NCBI GenBank assembly: GCA_041308885.1
Contig: JBFZAQ010000096.1
Span: 1 to 41,012, forward strand
DNA length: 41,012 nt
Source: Candidatus Omnitrophota bacterium
GTDB taxonomy: Bacteria > Omnitrophota > Gorgyraeia > Gygaellales > Profunditerraquicolaceae
Reading direction: 5' to 3'
The translations under genes and the position numbers were made by a program. Under the pieces are notes generated by a model that saw only the letters and a program-made list of their open reading frames with translations, ran no database searches and was not told the origin of the DNA. Every line of letters starts with the position of its first letter. Position 1 is the stretch's first letter. Shown in pieces: positions 30,870 to 39,102 of the stretch.

Positions 30870-32654
30870 CTTAAGTATCTTCTCCAGCTCCTGCTTCGCC
30901 GGAGCTCCTTTAGTGGAAAATATCTCTTGGTTATCCACCAAGTAGCTCGGGCCAAACATAATCTCCAGTTCCTTATTCAGGCGGATATTTTCGCGCAATA
31001 ACTTCTTGCCTTCTTCACCTTGCGCGCAGGACTTGATCTTAAGCGTATCCGCTGCGCCCTTTAGACAATCATCCCACCAGGAAGAGCTTAAGTTGCCGGA
31101 CCGGCAAACCAGATAATCCCAGAAGGTCTCGGGATAATATTTCTCGATGCACACGCCTTTTAAATATTCTTCTACCTCTACTGATCCCTTGGCCGCGTCA
31201 AAACCAGCGTCTTTCTCAACGGCTAAAAAATGTACCTCGGGAGAAAAAGAACGAACGACTTCCAGCGTCTTATTCGCGCCGGCATCGAAGAGGCTTACAA
31301 ATATATCTAAAGCACCCGCCTTCCTACCGCGTTTGAGAAAGAAAGAAACCCCGCTCACCTGAGGCTTAACCAGATAAACATCCCCTACAAGATCGACCCT
31401 ATCTTGAAGCATTTCAAAGTTCTTCTGCCGCTCTATGTCTTTATCAAAAACATAGGCCGGCAGACGGCTTAAGCCTAATTTGGCAATCATCTCCTGAGCG
31501 CCGGGATCCGGATAATACAAAGTAGACACTGTTAATCCCGGAAATGGCTTCTTTAAGAAATCAACAAATTGCTGCGGGCTGCAAACCTTACACGCCTTAG
31601 GGGTAATCACCGTCAAGCCCACTTTAACCGGCTCGCTAAAAACGCAGCTGGCTTTTAACGTTGCGGGATCCTGGCAAGTGCCAACCAGCCCTTCTTGCTT
31701 ACAATTATCGTCGGAAAAACAGCGCGGCAAAAATTCGACGATCTCCCGGTCATCGGCAATATCCGCAGACAAACGGAGTTGTTCGGCTTGGTGAGAAATA
31801 ATCTTTCTATCTTGGATATTTAACTTCAGAACTCCGAGCTTTCTCCCCTGCCATGACGGCCACACAATGATCGTCTGCCCGATTTTAGAAACGATTTCTC
31901 CTTGCGGATGCGCAATACCGGCGATAAGCAGATCGATCCCCTTGACTTGGTCTAACAGTTTCGCATCTTCGGCATCACTCTGGTGGCTCAAAAGTATAAT
32001 CAAATCAACTTTCTTGCCCCTAAGCTCAGCTACAGTTTTGGCCGCCGCGGACTTAGGATCAATGATCGGTAACCCACCGGATTTCGGCGCGGCACTAAGC
32101 GGGGTAAGGCCGATAATGCCGATTTTTAACCCGGAAACCTCTTTAAGTACATACGGCAAAAAAGGCTTTGCTTGAATATTATAGGAAAGAAAGGGGATCT
32201 TGGTCTTGGCCGCGTTATCTAATAGATATTCTTTGCCGAAATTAAACTCATCGTCTCCAACGGCAACCGCATCATAGCCCATGACCTCCATGCCCTTCAA
32301 CTGCAAATTAGTGCGCTGCATATCCAACTGCACATTCTGGGTATACTGATCCAAAAGGCCGCCGGCAAAGTAACTTCCGGAGTCAACCAGAATAACTCCC
32401 GGCGAGCTTTTGCGCAGCTGCTTGATCAGCGTGGCCCGGCGGGCCAATCCCCCGTCGCGCTCAATCGGGCAGTTGCATTGATAAAGCATCGCGTGGGTCT
32501 GACCGGTATACAAAATAGTCAGTTCTTCAGCCTGAACATAAGACGCAGGACGCAGGACGCAGGACGCAATAAGAAGGATTAGAAACGCGCAACTTTTTCC
32601 TCCTAAGCTTGCGTCTTGCGTCTTGCGTCTTGCGTCTATAATTTTCGCGCTCAT
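30864..32654 (-). CDS. Secreted fusion: 5-prime-nucleotidase/metallophosphatase-like N-terminal domain with substituted metal ligands, plus Cys-rich thioredoxin/DsbA-like C-terminal domains
   Basis: ILYTGQTHA, VDSGSYFAG, GDDEFNFG, LSHQS and AGIAH align to the ND-HG, DAGD, GNHEFD, SH and GGHSH motifs of UshA-type enzymes, but most ligands are replaced. The C-terminus has CKVC (CxxC) and a DsbA-like end. The ATG overlaps the serA TGA (ATGA). Confidence 0.6.
   Translation of the reverse strand: MSAKIIDARRKTQDASLGGKSCAFLILLIASCVLRPASYVQAEELTILYTGQTHAMLYQCNCPIERDGGLARRATLIKQLRKSSPGVILVDSGSYFAGGLLDQYTQNVQLDMQRTNLQLKGMEVMGYDAVAVGDDEFNFGKEYLLDNAAKTKIPFLSYNIQAKPFLPYVLKEVSGLKIGIIGLTPLSAAPKSGGLPIIDPKSAAAKTVAELRGKKVDLIILLSHQSDAEDAKLLDQVKGIDLLIAGIAHPQGEIVSKIGQTIIVWPSWQGRKLGVLKLNIQDRKIISHQAEQLRLSADIADDREIVEFLPRCFSDDNCKQEGLVGTCQDPATLKASCVFSEPVKVGLTVITPKACKVCSPQQFVDFLKKPFPGLTVSTLYYPDPGAQEMIAKLGLSRLPAYVFDKDIERQKNFEMLQDRVDLVGDVYLVKPQVSGVSFFLKRGRKAGALDIFVSLFDAGANKTLEVVRSFSPEVHFLAVEKDAGFDAAKGSVEVEEYLKGVCIEKYYPETFWDYLVCRSGNLSSSWWDDCLKGAADTLKIKSCAQGEEGKKLLRENIRLNKELEIMFGPSYLVDNQEIFSTKGAPAKQELEKILKK
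32541..32637. repeat. Intragenic heptamer palindrome inside the signal-peptide codons of the 596-aa gene
   Basis: agacgcaggacgcaggacgcaggacgcaa (32541-32569) against ttgcgtcttgcgtcttgcgtcttgcgtct (32609-32637). The mismatches are G:T wobble positions. Confidence 0.85.
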
Positions 32655-34237
32655 GTCCTAATCCCCTTCGCCGTGAGAATATTCTCTAATTTTTTAATCT
32701 GCTCCAGCAGCGCTCCCGATACCGGGCTATCCACGTTTAAAACGCTGATCGCCCGTCCGCCGGGCACATCGCGGCCAAAGGTCATTGCCGCGATATTAAT
32801 ATTGTTCCGGCCTAAAAACGTCCCTAAACTGCCGATAAGCCCCGGCTTATCCCAATTCTGGATAAAAATCATATCACCGGCCGGCGATAATTCCAGATAG
32901 GAATCATCAATCTTGACAATACGCGGCTGCTTGCTGGAAGAGAGCGTACCGCAGATACGCTTGGTTTCCTTATCGGTAACTAACTCCAGCTGAATAAGGG
33001 TGACAAACTCCTCTTCTTTAGATGATTTTGACTCCTGGATCTTAATCCCTCTCTCTTTAGTCAGAGAAACGGCGTTGATAAAATTCACCGTTTCCTTTAA
33101 GATCGGCGATAAAATTCCTTTGGCCAGCGCCATCGTCAACGGGCTTAAATCATATTTGATAATGTCGCCGCCGTAGGTTATGCGCATCTCTTGGAATCTG
33201 CCCTCCACCAATTGGCTGGCGAACAAACCCATCTTCTCGGCTAATTTTATATACGGATCAAGGACTTTGCAAACTTCGGCTTCCAAACACGGATAATTGG
33301 CGGCATTGCGTATACCTTTACCTAAGAGCGCGTCGCGGACAATTTCGGCTACTTCAATAGCTACATTTACCTGCGCCTCTTCGGTTGATGCTCCCAGATG
33401 CGGGGTAAGAATAACATTATCCAACTTCAATAACTCGCTCTCCGAAGACAACGGCTCTTTTTCAAAGACATCCAGTGCAGCCGCGGCCACGGTACCGTCT
33501 TTAACCGCGTTGATCAAGGCCTGCTCATCAATGATACCACCCCGCGCGCAGTTAATGATCCGGACTCCTTTTTTCATCAAGGCAAATTCTTTAGTAGAAA
33601 TAATGTGCTTGGTTTCCTCGGTTAGCGGGGTATGCACGGTAATATAATCGGCCCGCGCGAAGATATCTTTCAATTCTCCGACTTCAACACCGAGGCTTTC
33701 GGCGACCTGACGGTTAAGAAACGGGTCAAAGGCCAAGACCTTCATCCCGAAAGATAAGGCCCGCTTGGCCACTTCTGAACCGATACGGCCAAATCCGACG
33801 ATACCGAGGGTCTTAGTATACAATTCCACCCCCATGAATTTCGACCGCTTCCATTCGCCTTTCTTCATCGAGGCGTTGGCCTGCGGAATGGTCCGTGACA
33901 AGGCTAAGATCATGCTCAGAGTATGCTCGGCCGTAGATATAGTATTGCCCGCCGGGGTATTCATAACGATAACGCCCTTTTGAGTGGCCGCTTCCAAATC
34001 CACATTATCCAGCCCCACCCCGGCCCGGCCGACCACTTTAAGTTTCGCCGCTGCCCCAAGGATATCTTTAGTAACCTTGGTGGCGCTGCGCACAATCAAA
34101 GCGTCGTAATCCTTAATAATCTCTTTAAGGCCTTCGGGCTTAAGGTCGGTTTTTACATCAATCTGAAACGCCCCGGCTGACTCCAGAATCGAAATTGCCT
34201 CCGGAGCTAATTGATCACTGATAAGTATTTTGTGCAT
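32651..34237 (-). CDS. serA: D-3-phosphoglycerate dehydrogenase (long form with ACT domain)
   Basis: GFGRIGSEVA NAD motif, catalytic R/E/H region, 528 aa with C-terminal ASB/ACT-like region. AAGGAG RBS. Confidence 0.9.
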   Translation of the reverse strand: MHKILISDQLAPEAISILESAGAFQIDVKTDLKPEGLKEIIKDYDALIVRSATKVTKDILGAAAKLKVVGRAGVGLDNVDLEAATQKGVIVMNTPAGNTISTAEHTLSMILALSRTIPQANASMKKGEWKRSKFMGVELYTKTLGIVGFGRIGSEVAKRALSFGMKVLAFDPFLNRQVAESLGVEVGELKDIFARADYITVHTPLTEETKHIISTKEFALMKKGVRIINCARGGIIDEQALINAVKDGTVAAAALDVFEKEPLSSESELLKLDNVILTPHLGASTEEAQVNVAIEVAEIVRDALLGKGIRNAANYPCLEAEVCKVLDPYIKLAEKMGLFASQLVEGRFQEMRITYGGDIIKYDLSPLTMALAKGILSPILKETVNFINAVSLTKERGIKIQESKSSKEEEFVTLIQLELVTDKETKRICGTLSSSKQPRIVKIDDSYLELSPAGDMIFIQNWDKPGLIGSLGTFLGRNNINIAAMTFGRDVPGGRAISVLNVDSPVSGALLEQIKKLENILTAKGIRT

Positions 34238-34281
34238 GTTAACTCTCCTTATAGAATAACTGCTCAGCCGTTAAAAACGTT

Positions 34282-34420
34282 TATCAGCATATCAGATGAT
34301 CAGTGGATAGATCATCAGGAAATTAGAATATCAGTTTTAAGAGAATACTCCCCATTGACTGTCCTGATATTCCGGTCTACTGATATCCTGCCTACTGATA
34401 CTCTGATAATCTGATATGCG
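34282..34420. repeat. Locus-specific hairpin built from ATCAG-containing repeats and their complement
   Basis: Left arm tatcagcatatcagatgatcagtggatagatcatcagg...atatcag. Right arm cctgatattccggtctactgatatcctgcctactgatactctgataatctgata. Confidence 0.8.
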
Positions 34421-34435
34421 TATTTAAACTAATCT

Positions 34436-35572
34436 TTATTTCAAAAACACCGCCTGCGCCGCGCCAACGCCTACGCCCAGTTGGAATTTATAACCCATTT
34501 GAGCCAATACTTTCTCCAGGCAGGAGATTCCGATAATGATATCAAACTCGGCGATATAGCCCATGTGGGCGATACGGAAAATTTTCCCCTTCATCTCATC
34601 TTGCCCGCCGGCAATAGTTACGCCATAGGTATCCCGCATGACCTTAACCAGCTTCTCGCCGTCGACACCCGTAGGCACCTTGACCGCAGTCACCACATCC
34701 GAACCGGCGTCAGGCGCAAACAACTCCAATCCCAGCGCTTTCATCGCCGCGCGGGTCGCATCCGCCATTTTATGGTGGCGGCTGAATACGGCTTCCAGGC
34801 CATCCTGCTTCATTATATCCAAAGCTTCATTTAAGGCAATAACCAAAGATATCGCCGGAGTAAACGGAGTATCGGTTTTATCCGCGGCTTTCTTGGCTTT
34901 GCGTAAATCGAAATAATAACGCGGGCTCTTGGCAACTTCTATTAATCTCCAGGCTTTAGCACTTAGCGAAATAAATCCCAGGCCCGGCGGCAGCATCAAG
35001 CCTTTTTGCGACCCCGACACAACGCAATCGCAACTCCAGGCATCGGTTTTTAAATCAATGGCGCCTAAGCCGCTGATAGCATCAACTACCAAAACAGCGG
35101 CGGTACTCTTAACGACTTTACCCAGGGCCTCAATATCATTAACCACGCCAGTCGAGGTTTCGCAAAGCGTGGTAAATACCGCTTTGATCTTAGGATTGGC
35201 TTTCAGGCGCTGCTCAATTTCCTGAGGTAAAACTGCCTGTCCCCAAACCACGTCCACAACCTCAGTAGCGATGCCGTAGCTTTTACAGATTTCCGTCCAG
35301 CGCTCGCCAAATTTACCGCCCTGGATACACAAAGCGGTATCGCCGGCAGATAACAAATTAGCTACCGCCGCTTCCATAGCCCCGGTTCCTGAAGACGTCA
35401 GGATAAAAACATCGCCCGCGGTCTGAAAAATTGATTTTAACCCTGCAACTGCTTTCTTTAACTCTTCCTGGAACTGCGGTGTACGATGATGGATAATCGG
35501 CCGGGCCATCGCCTCGCAGACTTGCGGGGGCAGCGGAGTCGGCCCTGGGGTCAATAGATAATTCTTACGCAT
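34436..35572 (-). CDS. Class V aminotransferase (AGXT/serine-pyruvate type); probable phosphoserine aminotransferase given its position next to serA
   Basis: LLTPGPTPLP N-terminus and SGSQKGL PLP-lysine motif. The start is re-called to ATG 35572 with GGAGG 5 nt upstream; the track start is TTG. Confidence 0.75.
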   Translation of the reverse strand: MRKNYLLTPGPTPLPPQVCEAMARPIIHHRTPQFQEELKKAVAGLKSIFQTAGDVFILTSSGTGAMEAAVANLLSAGDTALCIQGGKFGERWTEICKSYGIATEVVDVVWGQAVLPQEIEQRLKANPKIKAVFTTLCETSTGVVNDIEALGKVVKSTAAVLVVDAISGLGAIDLKTDAWSCDCVVSGSQKGLMLPPGLGFISLSAKAWRLIEVAKSPRYYFDLRKAKKAADKTDTPFTPAISLVIALNEALDIMKQDGLEAVFSRHHKMADATRAAMKALGLELFAPDAGSDVVTAVKVPTGVDGEKLVKVMRDTYGVTIAGGQDEMKGKIFRIAHMGYIAEFDIIIGISCLEKVLAQMGYKFQLGVGVGAAQAVFLK

Positions 35573-35594
35573 GAGTTCCTCCAATTATCGTCTT

Positions 35595-35673
35595 GTCTAT
35601 GGTCTATGGTCGATAGTCTATAGTCCAAATCTTTTACCATTGACCATTGACTATAGACTATAGACTATAGACC
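35595..35673. repeat. Locus-specific hairpin built from GTCTATG/GTCTATA heptamers and their complement
   Basis: gtctatggtctatggtcgatagtctatagtc (35595-35625) against gactatagactatagactatagacc (35649-35673). Confidence 0.85.
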
Positions 35674-35676
35674 AGT

Positions 35677-36282
35677 CTATTTTTTCTTCCCAATAATAAC
35701 CTCATCAATAATTCCATACTCTTTCGCTTCCTGGCCGGACATGAAGTAATCGCGGTCGGTGTCTTTCTGCACTTTTTCCAACGTTTGGCCGGTATGGTTA
35801 GCCAAAATCTGATTTAACCTGTCCCGCAGGCTCAAAATTTCCTTGGCATGGCGCGAGATATCCTCGGCCGCACCCTGAACACCGCCCCAGGGCTGATGGA
35901 TCATTACCCGCGAATTCGGTAAAGTGAAACGCTTGCCCTTAGTACCCGCGGCTAATAATAAAGCCCCCATGCTGGCTGCTTGCCCGACGCAATAGGTGGC
36001 CACATCCGGCTTGACAAACTGGATCGTATCATAAATCGCCAGCCCCGCGGTAACCGACCCACCAGGTGAATTAACATATATGCTGATATCCTTGTTCACA
36101 TCTTCCATCTGCAAGAATAACATCTGGGCGATGACCAGATTCGCCACGTAGTCATCGATCGGGGTACCGATAAATACTATCCGGTCCTTAAGCAGGCGCG
36201 AATAAATATCATAGGCCCGCTCATATCCGCGGCTGGTCTGTTCGATAACCATAGGCACTAGGGTCTGATTCATGATAGCCAT
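35677..36282 (-). CDS. clpP: ATP-dependent Clp protease proteolytic subunit
   Basis: [14 protein letters not shown] and MIHQP motifs. The start is re-called to ATG 36282 (GGAGG RBS); the track's first 19 codons translate the repeat. Confidence 0.93.
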   Translation of the reverse strand: MAIMNQTLVPMVIEQTSRGYERAYDIYSRLLKDRIVFIGTPIDDYVANLVIAQMLFLQMEDVNKDISIYVNSPGGSVTAGLAIYDTIQFVKPDVATYCVGQAASMGALLLAAGTKGKRFTLPNSRVMIHQPWGGVQGAAEDISRHAKEILSLRDRLNQILANHTGQTLEKVQKDTDRDYFMSGQEAKEYGIIDEVIIGKKK

Positions 36283-36302
36283 ATACACCTCCGTATTAAA
36301 TT

Positions 36303-36405
36303 TCCAATTACCAATGACCAAATCCCAATGAATACCCAATTGCCAAATCCCAATTGGGTATTGGTTATTGGTAATTCATTGGAATTTGGGGCTTGGTCAT
36401 TGGTA
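36303..36405. repeat. NNNCCAA-heptamer palindromic element, copy 6
   Basis: Sequence tccaattaccaatgaccaaatcccaatgaatacccaattgcc...ggtaattcattggaatttggggcttggtcattggta. Confidence 0.9.
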
Positions 36406-36412
36406 TTTTTGC

Positions 36413-37291
36413 TTATACTACGCTCCAATCCGCTTCCCTCAACAACAGCTCGATCACTCTCTGGGTCATATGGTCATCCAGAGGAATTTGCTCTTTCTTG
36501 GCAATTTCGGCTAAGACCAGATAAGTTTTAACCTGCCGGCGCGCCTGAGGCTCCAATTCTTTAACGATATCTTTTTCCTTGCTGTCGATTTCTTCGCGGG
36601 GCATCCCCTTCATCGCTAAATCAACTTTCGCGCGCCTGAGTTGATCATCCAGTTGACGCTGCACAAACGCCTGCGGCAATTTAATCTCCAGGTCTTCGGT
36701 CACGGCTGTAATAACTTCATGCTCGATCCTCTGGCGCTGCAGATTATCCTTTTGCAGCATGAGTTGGCGCTTAACCGATTCCTGGAGTTCCTTTAAATTC
36801 GGATATCCGACGCTCTTAGCCAAAGCATCGTCGATGTTTTCAACTTTACGCATCTCTTTAAAGCTATCGATTGAGCGCTTGACTTCATCATCGGTAACCT
36901 CAATCTGCTTAAATCCGACCTTGAGGCCTTTATAATTCTTTAACTTTATCTGCGGACTGACTTCCACCGTAGCCTTAAAAGACAAATTTGACCGGTCAAG
37001 CTTAACCTCGCTTATGCTCGGCAACTCGATAACCTCCAACTGCTCAGCTTTGACCACTGCATCGTAAATCTCCGGAATAAGCTCCTTTAAGACTTGCTCG
37101 GTAGCAGCTGCGGAGAAATTCTTTTCAATAATATCCCGCGGGGCTGCCCCCGGCCGAAAACCCGGGACCTTGGCGTTTTTGGCTATCTCTTTAAAGACCG
37201 TTTCGAACTTATTCTTGACTACATCGCCTTCAGCCTGAATATCGATTTCCCTTTTCGTAGCATCTATTTTTTTGACTTCAACCTTTTTCAT
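36413..37291 (-). CDS. tig: Trigger factor lacking the PPIase domain and the distal C-terminal arm
   Basis: GFRPGAAP ribosome-binding signature and N domain, joined directly to C-domain-like sequence. It is 292 aa against about 430 aa in canonical trigger factors. Confidence 0.8.
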   Translation of the reverse strand: MKKVEVKKIDATKREIDIQAEGDVVKNKFETVFKEIAKNAKVPGFRPGAAPRDIIEKNFSAAATEQVLKELIPEIYDAVVKAEQLEVIELPSISEVKLDRSNLSFKATVEVSPQIKLKNYKGLKVGFKQIEVTDDEVKRSIDSFKEMRKVENIDDALAKSVGYPNLKELQESVKRQLMLQKDNLQRQRIEHEVITAVTEDLEIKLPQAFVQRQLDDQLRRAKVDLAMKGMPREEIDSKEKDIVKELEPQARRQVKTYLVLAEIAKKEQIPLDDHMTQRVIELLLREADWSVV

Positions 37292-37308
37292 TTATATCTC
37301 ACCCTTCT

Positions 37309-37343
37309 CCATTTAACCATTTAACCAATCACCATTTAACCAT
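37309..37343. repeat. Tandem CCATTTAA octamers in the lptB-tig gap
   Basis: Sequence ccatttaaccatttaaccaatcaccatttaaccat. Confidence 0.7.
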
Positions 37344-38066
37344 CTACATCCTAAATTTCTCACCCAAATAAATCTGGCGGGCCTTGGGGTTATCGATCAA
37401 ATCCTGCGCCGATCCGGAAATAAGAATAGAACCTTGCGCGATCAAATAGGCCCTATCAGTTATCGAAAGGGTCTCCCGGACATTGTGATCAGTCAAAAGG
37501 ATCCCTAAACCCTTGGCCTTTAGTTCTTTAATAATCTCCTGCGCCTCGTTGACCACGATCGGATCAATTCCCGAAAACGGCTCATCCAGTAATATGAACG
37601 AGGGATTCGTGACTAAGGCCCGAGTTATTTCTAACCGTCTCCTTTCTCCTCCCGATAAAGTATAGGCCTTACTCTTGGCCAGATGGCTGATATTCAATTC
37701 TTTAAGCAGTTCGACTAAGCGCTGCCGGCGCGCGGCCCGGCTGATCGGTAGAGTCTCCAATATTGCCAGGATATTTTCTTCCACGGTCAACTTCCTGAAG
37801 ATCGAGGACTCCTGAGCCAAATAACCGATGCCATAACGGGCCCGCTGGTGAATCGCCAAATTAGTAATATCGTGATTATCGAATATTATCCTGCCCCGAT
37901 TAGGCGGGATAACTCCGACGATCATATAAAAGGTAGTCGTCTTGCCGGCGCCGTTAGGCCCCAGCAGGCCGACAATCTCTCCGCGCTTAACCAGCATATT
38001 CACATTCTTGACGACCGGTTTACTATCGTAAGATTTAGAAAGATCCTTAATCTCCAGCAAGTGCAT
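37344..38066 (-). CDS. lptB: LPS export ABC transporter ATP-binding protein
   Basis: Walker A GPNGAGKTTTF, LSGGERRR signature, 240 aa, downstream of lptC/A. Confidence 0.9.
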   Translation of the reverse strand: MHLLEIKDLSKSYDSKPVVKNVNMLVKRGEIVGLLGPNGAGKTTTFYMIVGVIPPNRGRIIFDNHDITNLAIHQRARYGIGYLAQESSIFRKLTVEENILAILETLPISRAARRQRLVELLKELNISHLAKSKAYTLSGGERRRLEITRALVTNPSFILLDEPFSGIDPIVVNEAQEIIKELKAKGLGILLTDHNVRETLSITDRAYLIAQGSILISGSAQDLIDNPKARQIYLGEKFRM

Positions 38067-39102
38067 TACTGCTCATCTCCTCGGTTGAATAAATTACCAG
38101 GCGCGGTTTCCCGACTAAAGTAATCTTTTTGCTCATTCCCGAATAGACCGCTTCCTGACTGTAGGAAATATTCTCCCCTTGCACGATCTTGACATTCCCG
38201 CGGGCGATGATCTTATCAATCTTTGACCCCATGCCGGCAACACCCTCGGCCCCGGCAGCGTCTTTTTCTTCCTGCTCCTTATCTTGACTCTGCTTATTAT
38301 TGAGGAAATAAACCAGGAGCGTATCGCTATAGATCTGCGCGTCATCGCGGTCAACTTTTACGTTATTGTTAAAAGTCGCTATCCCCGCATCATAATCGAC
38401 CTGCAACGGCCCGTCGCAAGTAATGGTAATTTTAGTAGCCTTATTCTCAGGCGCGCCTTCAGCGTTTTTCTCCTGAGGAAAAATCTGGACGTTAACCTCT
38501 TTTTCCAAATCGACTTTTTTGAGATTCGGCTCGCCGGATGCCCCGAGTGCCGCCGCCATCATATTATCGCGGGCGATATTAACCTGATCAACGGTAGTTA
38601 CGGTCTGATTTTTTCTGTCCCAATCTAAAGAATCGGTGGTTAGTGTGGCCCCCTGCGAAGTCGTGATCACCACGTTATCCTGCAGATGGACTTTACCGTC
38701 GGTTTTGTTAAAATCCCCCATATCCGCATTCAGTTGGATATCCTCTTTTTCTCCGTAAAGATTCCCGGTAACATCTTTAAGCTTAACCGTATCGCTAATG
38801 ATATCGGCTGATTTCCCGGATATATCCCAGGCTTTCTTCCCCTTATCCCCATACCCGGCCAAAGAAAAGTCACTGATCTGCTGATCAGCTCCGGGAGCGG
38901 CTTCGCTGGCTGCTAATGCCGCAGAATACTTAACGCTTAAAAGCAAGAATAAAAAAACAATTGCCCTGCCGACCCGCAATGAAAAACTGTCATTGCGAGG
39001 CACGTAGTGCCGAAGCAATCTCAACGCCAACCTAGATTGCTTCGTCGCAAAAAAAACTCCTCGCAATGATATATTATTTTTCATATAAGGCCAGCGCTTC
39101 AT
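38047..39102 (-). CDS. Fused LptC-like and LptA-like (OstA fold) LPS transport protein; start uncertain
   Basis: There are two successive beta-jellyroll-like halves (DFSLAGY...VTTVDQVNI and ITITCDGPLQVDY...ITLVGKPRLV) at the position occupied by separate lptC and lptA genes in the E. coli kdsD-kdsC-lptC-lptA-lptB locus. Codons about 12-43 are a palindromic repeat. Confidence 0.65.
   Translation of the reverse strand: MKRWPYMKNNISLRGVFFATKQSRLALRLLRHYVPRNDSFSLRVGRAIVFLFLLLSVKYSAALAASEAAPGADQQISDFSLAGYGDKGKKAWDISGKSADIISDTVKLKDVTGNLYGEKEDIQLNADMGDFNKTDGKVHLQDNVVITTSQGATLTTDSLDWDRKNQTVTTVDQVNIARDNMMAAALGASGEPNLKKVDLEKEVNVQIFPQEKNAEGAPENKATKITITCDGPLQVDYDAGIATFNNNVKVDRDDAQIYSDTLLVYFLNNKQSQDKEQEEKDAAGAEGVAGMGSKIDKIIARGNVKIVQGENISYSQEAVYSGMSKKITLVGKPRLVIYSTEEMSSNALAGD
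38975..39069. repeat. Nested CATTGCGAGG / AGCAATCT palindromic element inside the lptC/A 5-prime coding region
   Basis: tcattgcgagg (38990-39000) pairs with cctcgcaatga (39059-39069). cgaagcaatct (39011-39021) pairs with agattgcttcg (39034-39044). A third copy, cgcaatga (38975-38982), can pair instead with 38990-38997. Confidence 0.85.

Noticed and set aside
30760-30945. 61-aa plus-strand ORF (MTNDQIPNPNELPITKSQLDIGHWGFIGIW...) and similar repeat-derived peptides (21271-21552, 36328-36531)
   Set aside because: These are translations of the NNNCCAA palindromic element. The peptide periodicity simply mirrors the 7-nt DNA period.
32581-32610. AGGAGG followed by TTG inside the loop of the intragenic palindrome, as an alternative start for the 596-aa gene
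   Set aside because: The TTG is out of frame with the long ORF, and no in-frame start codon follows the AGGAGG before the mature domain. The ATG at 32654, which overlaps the serA stop, remains the best start.
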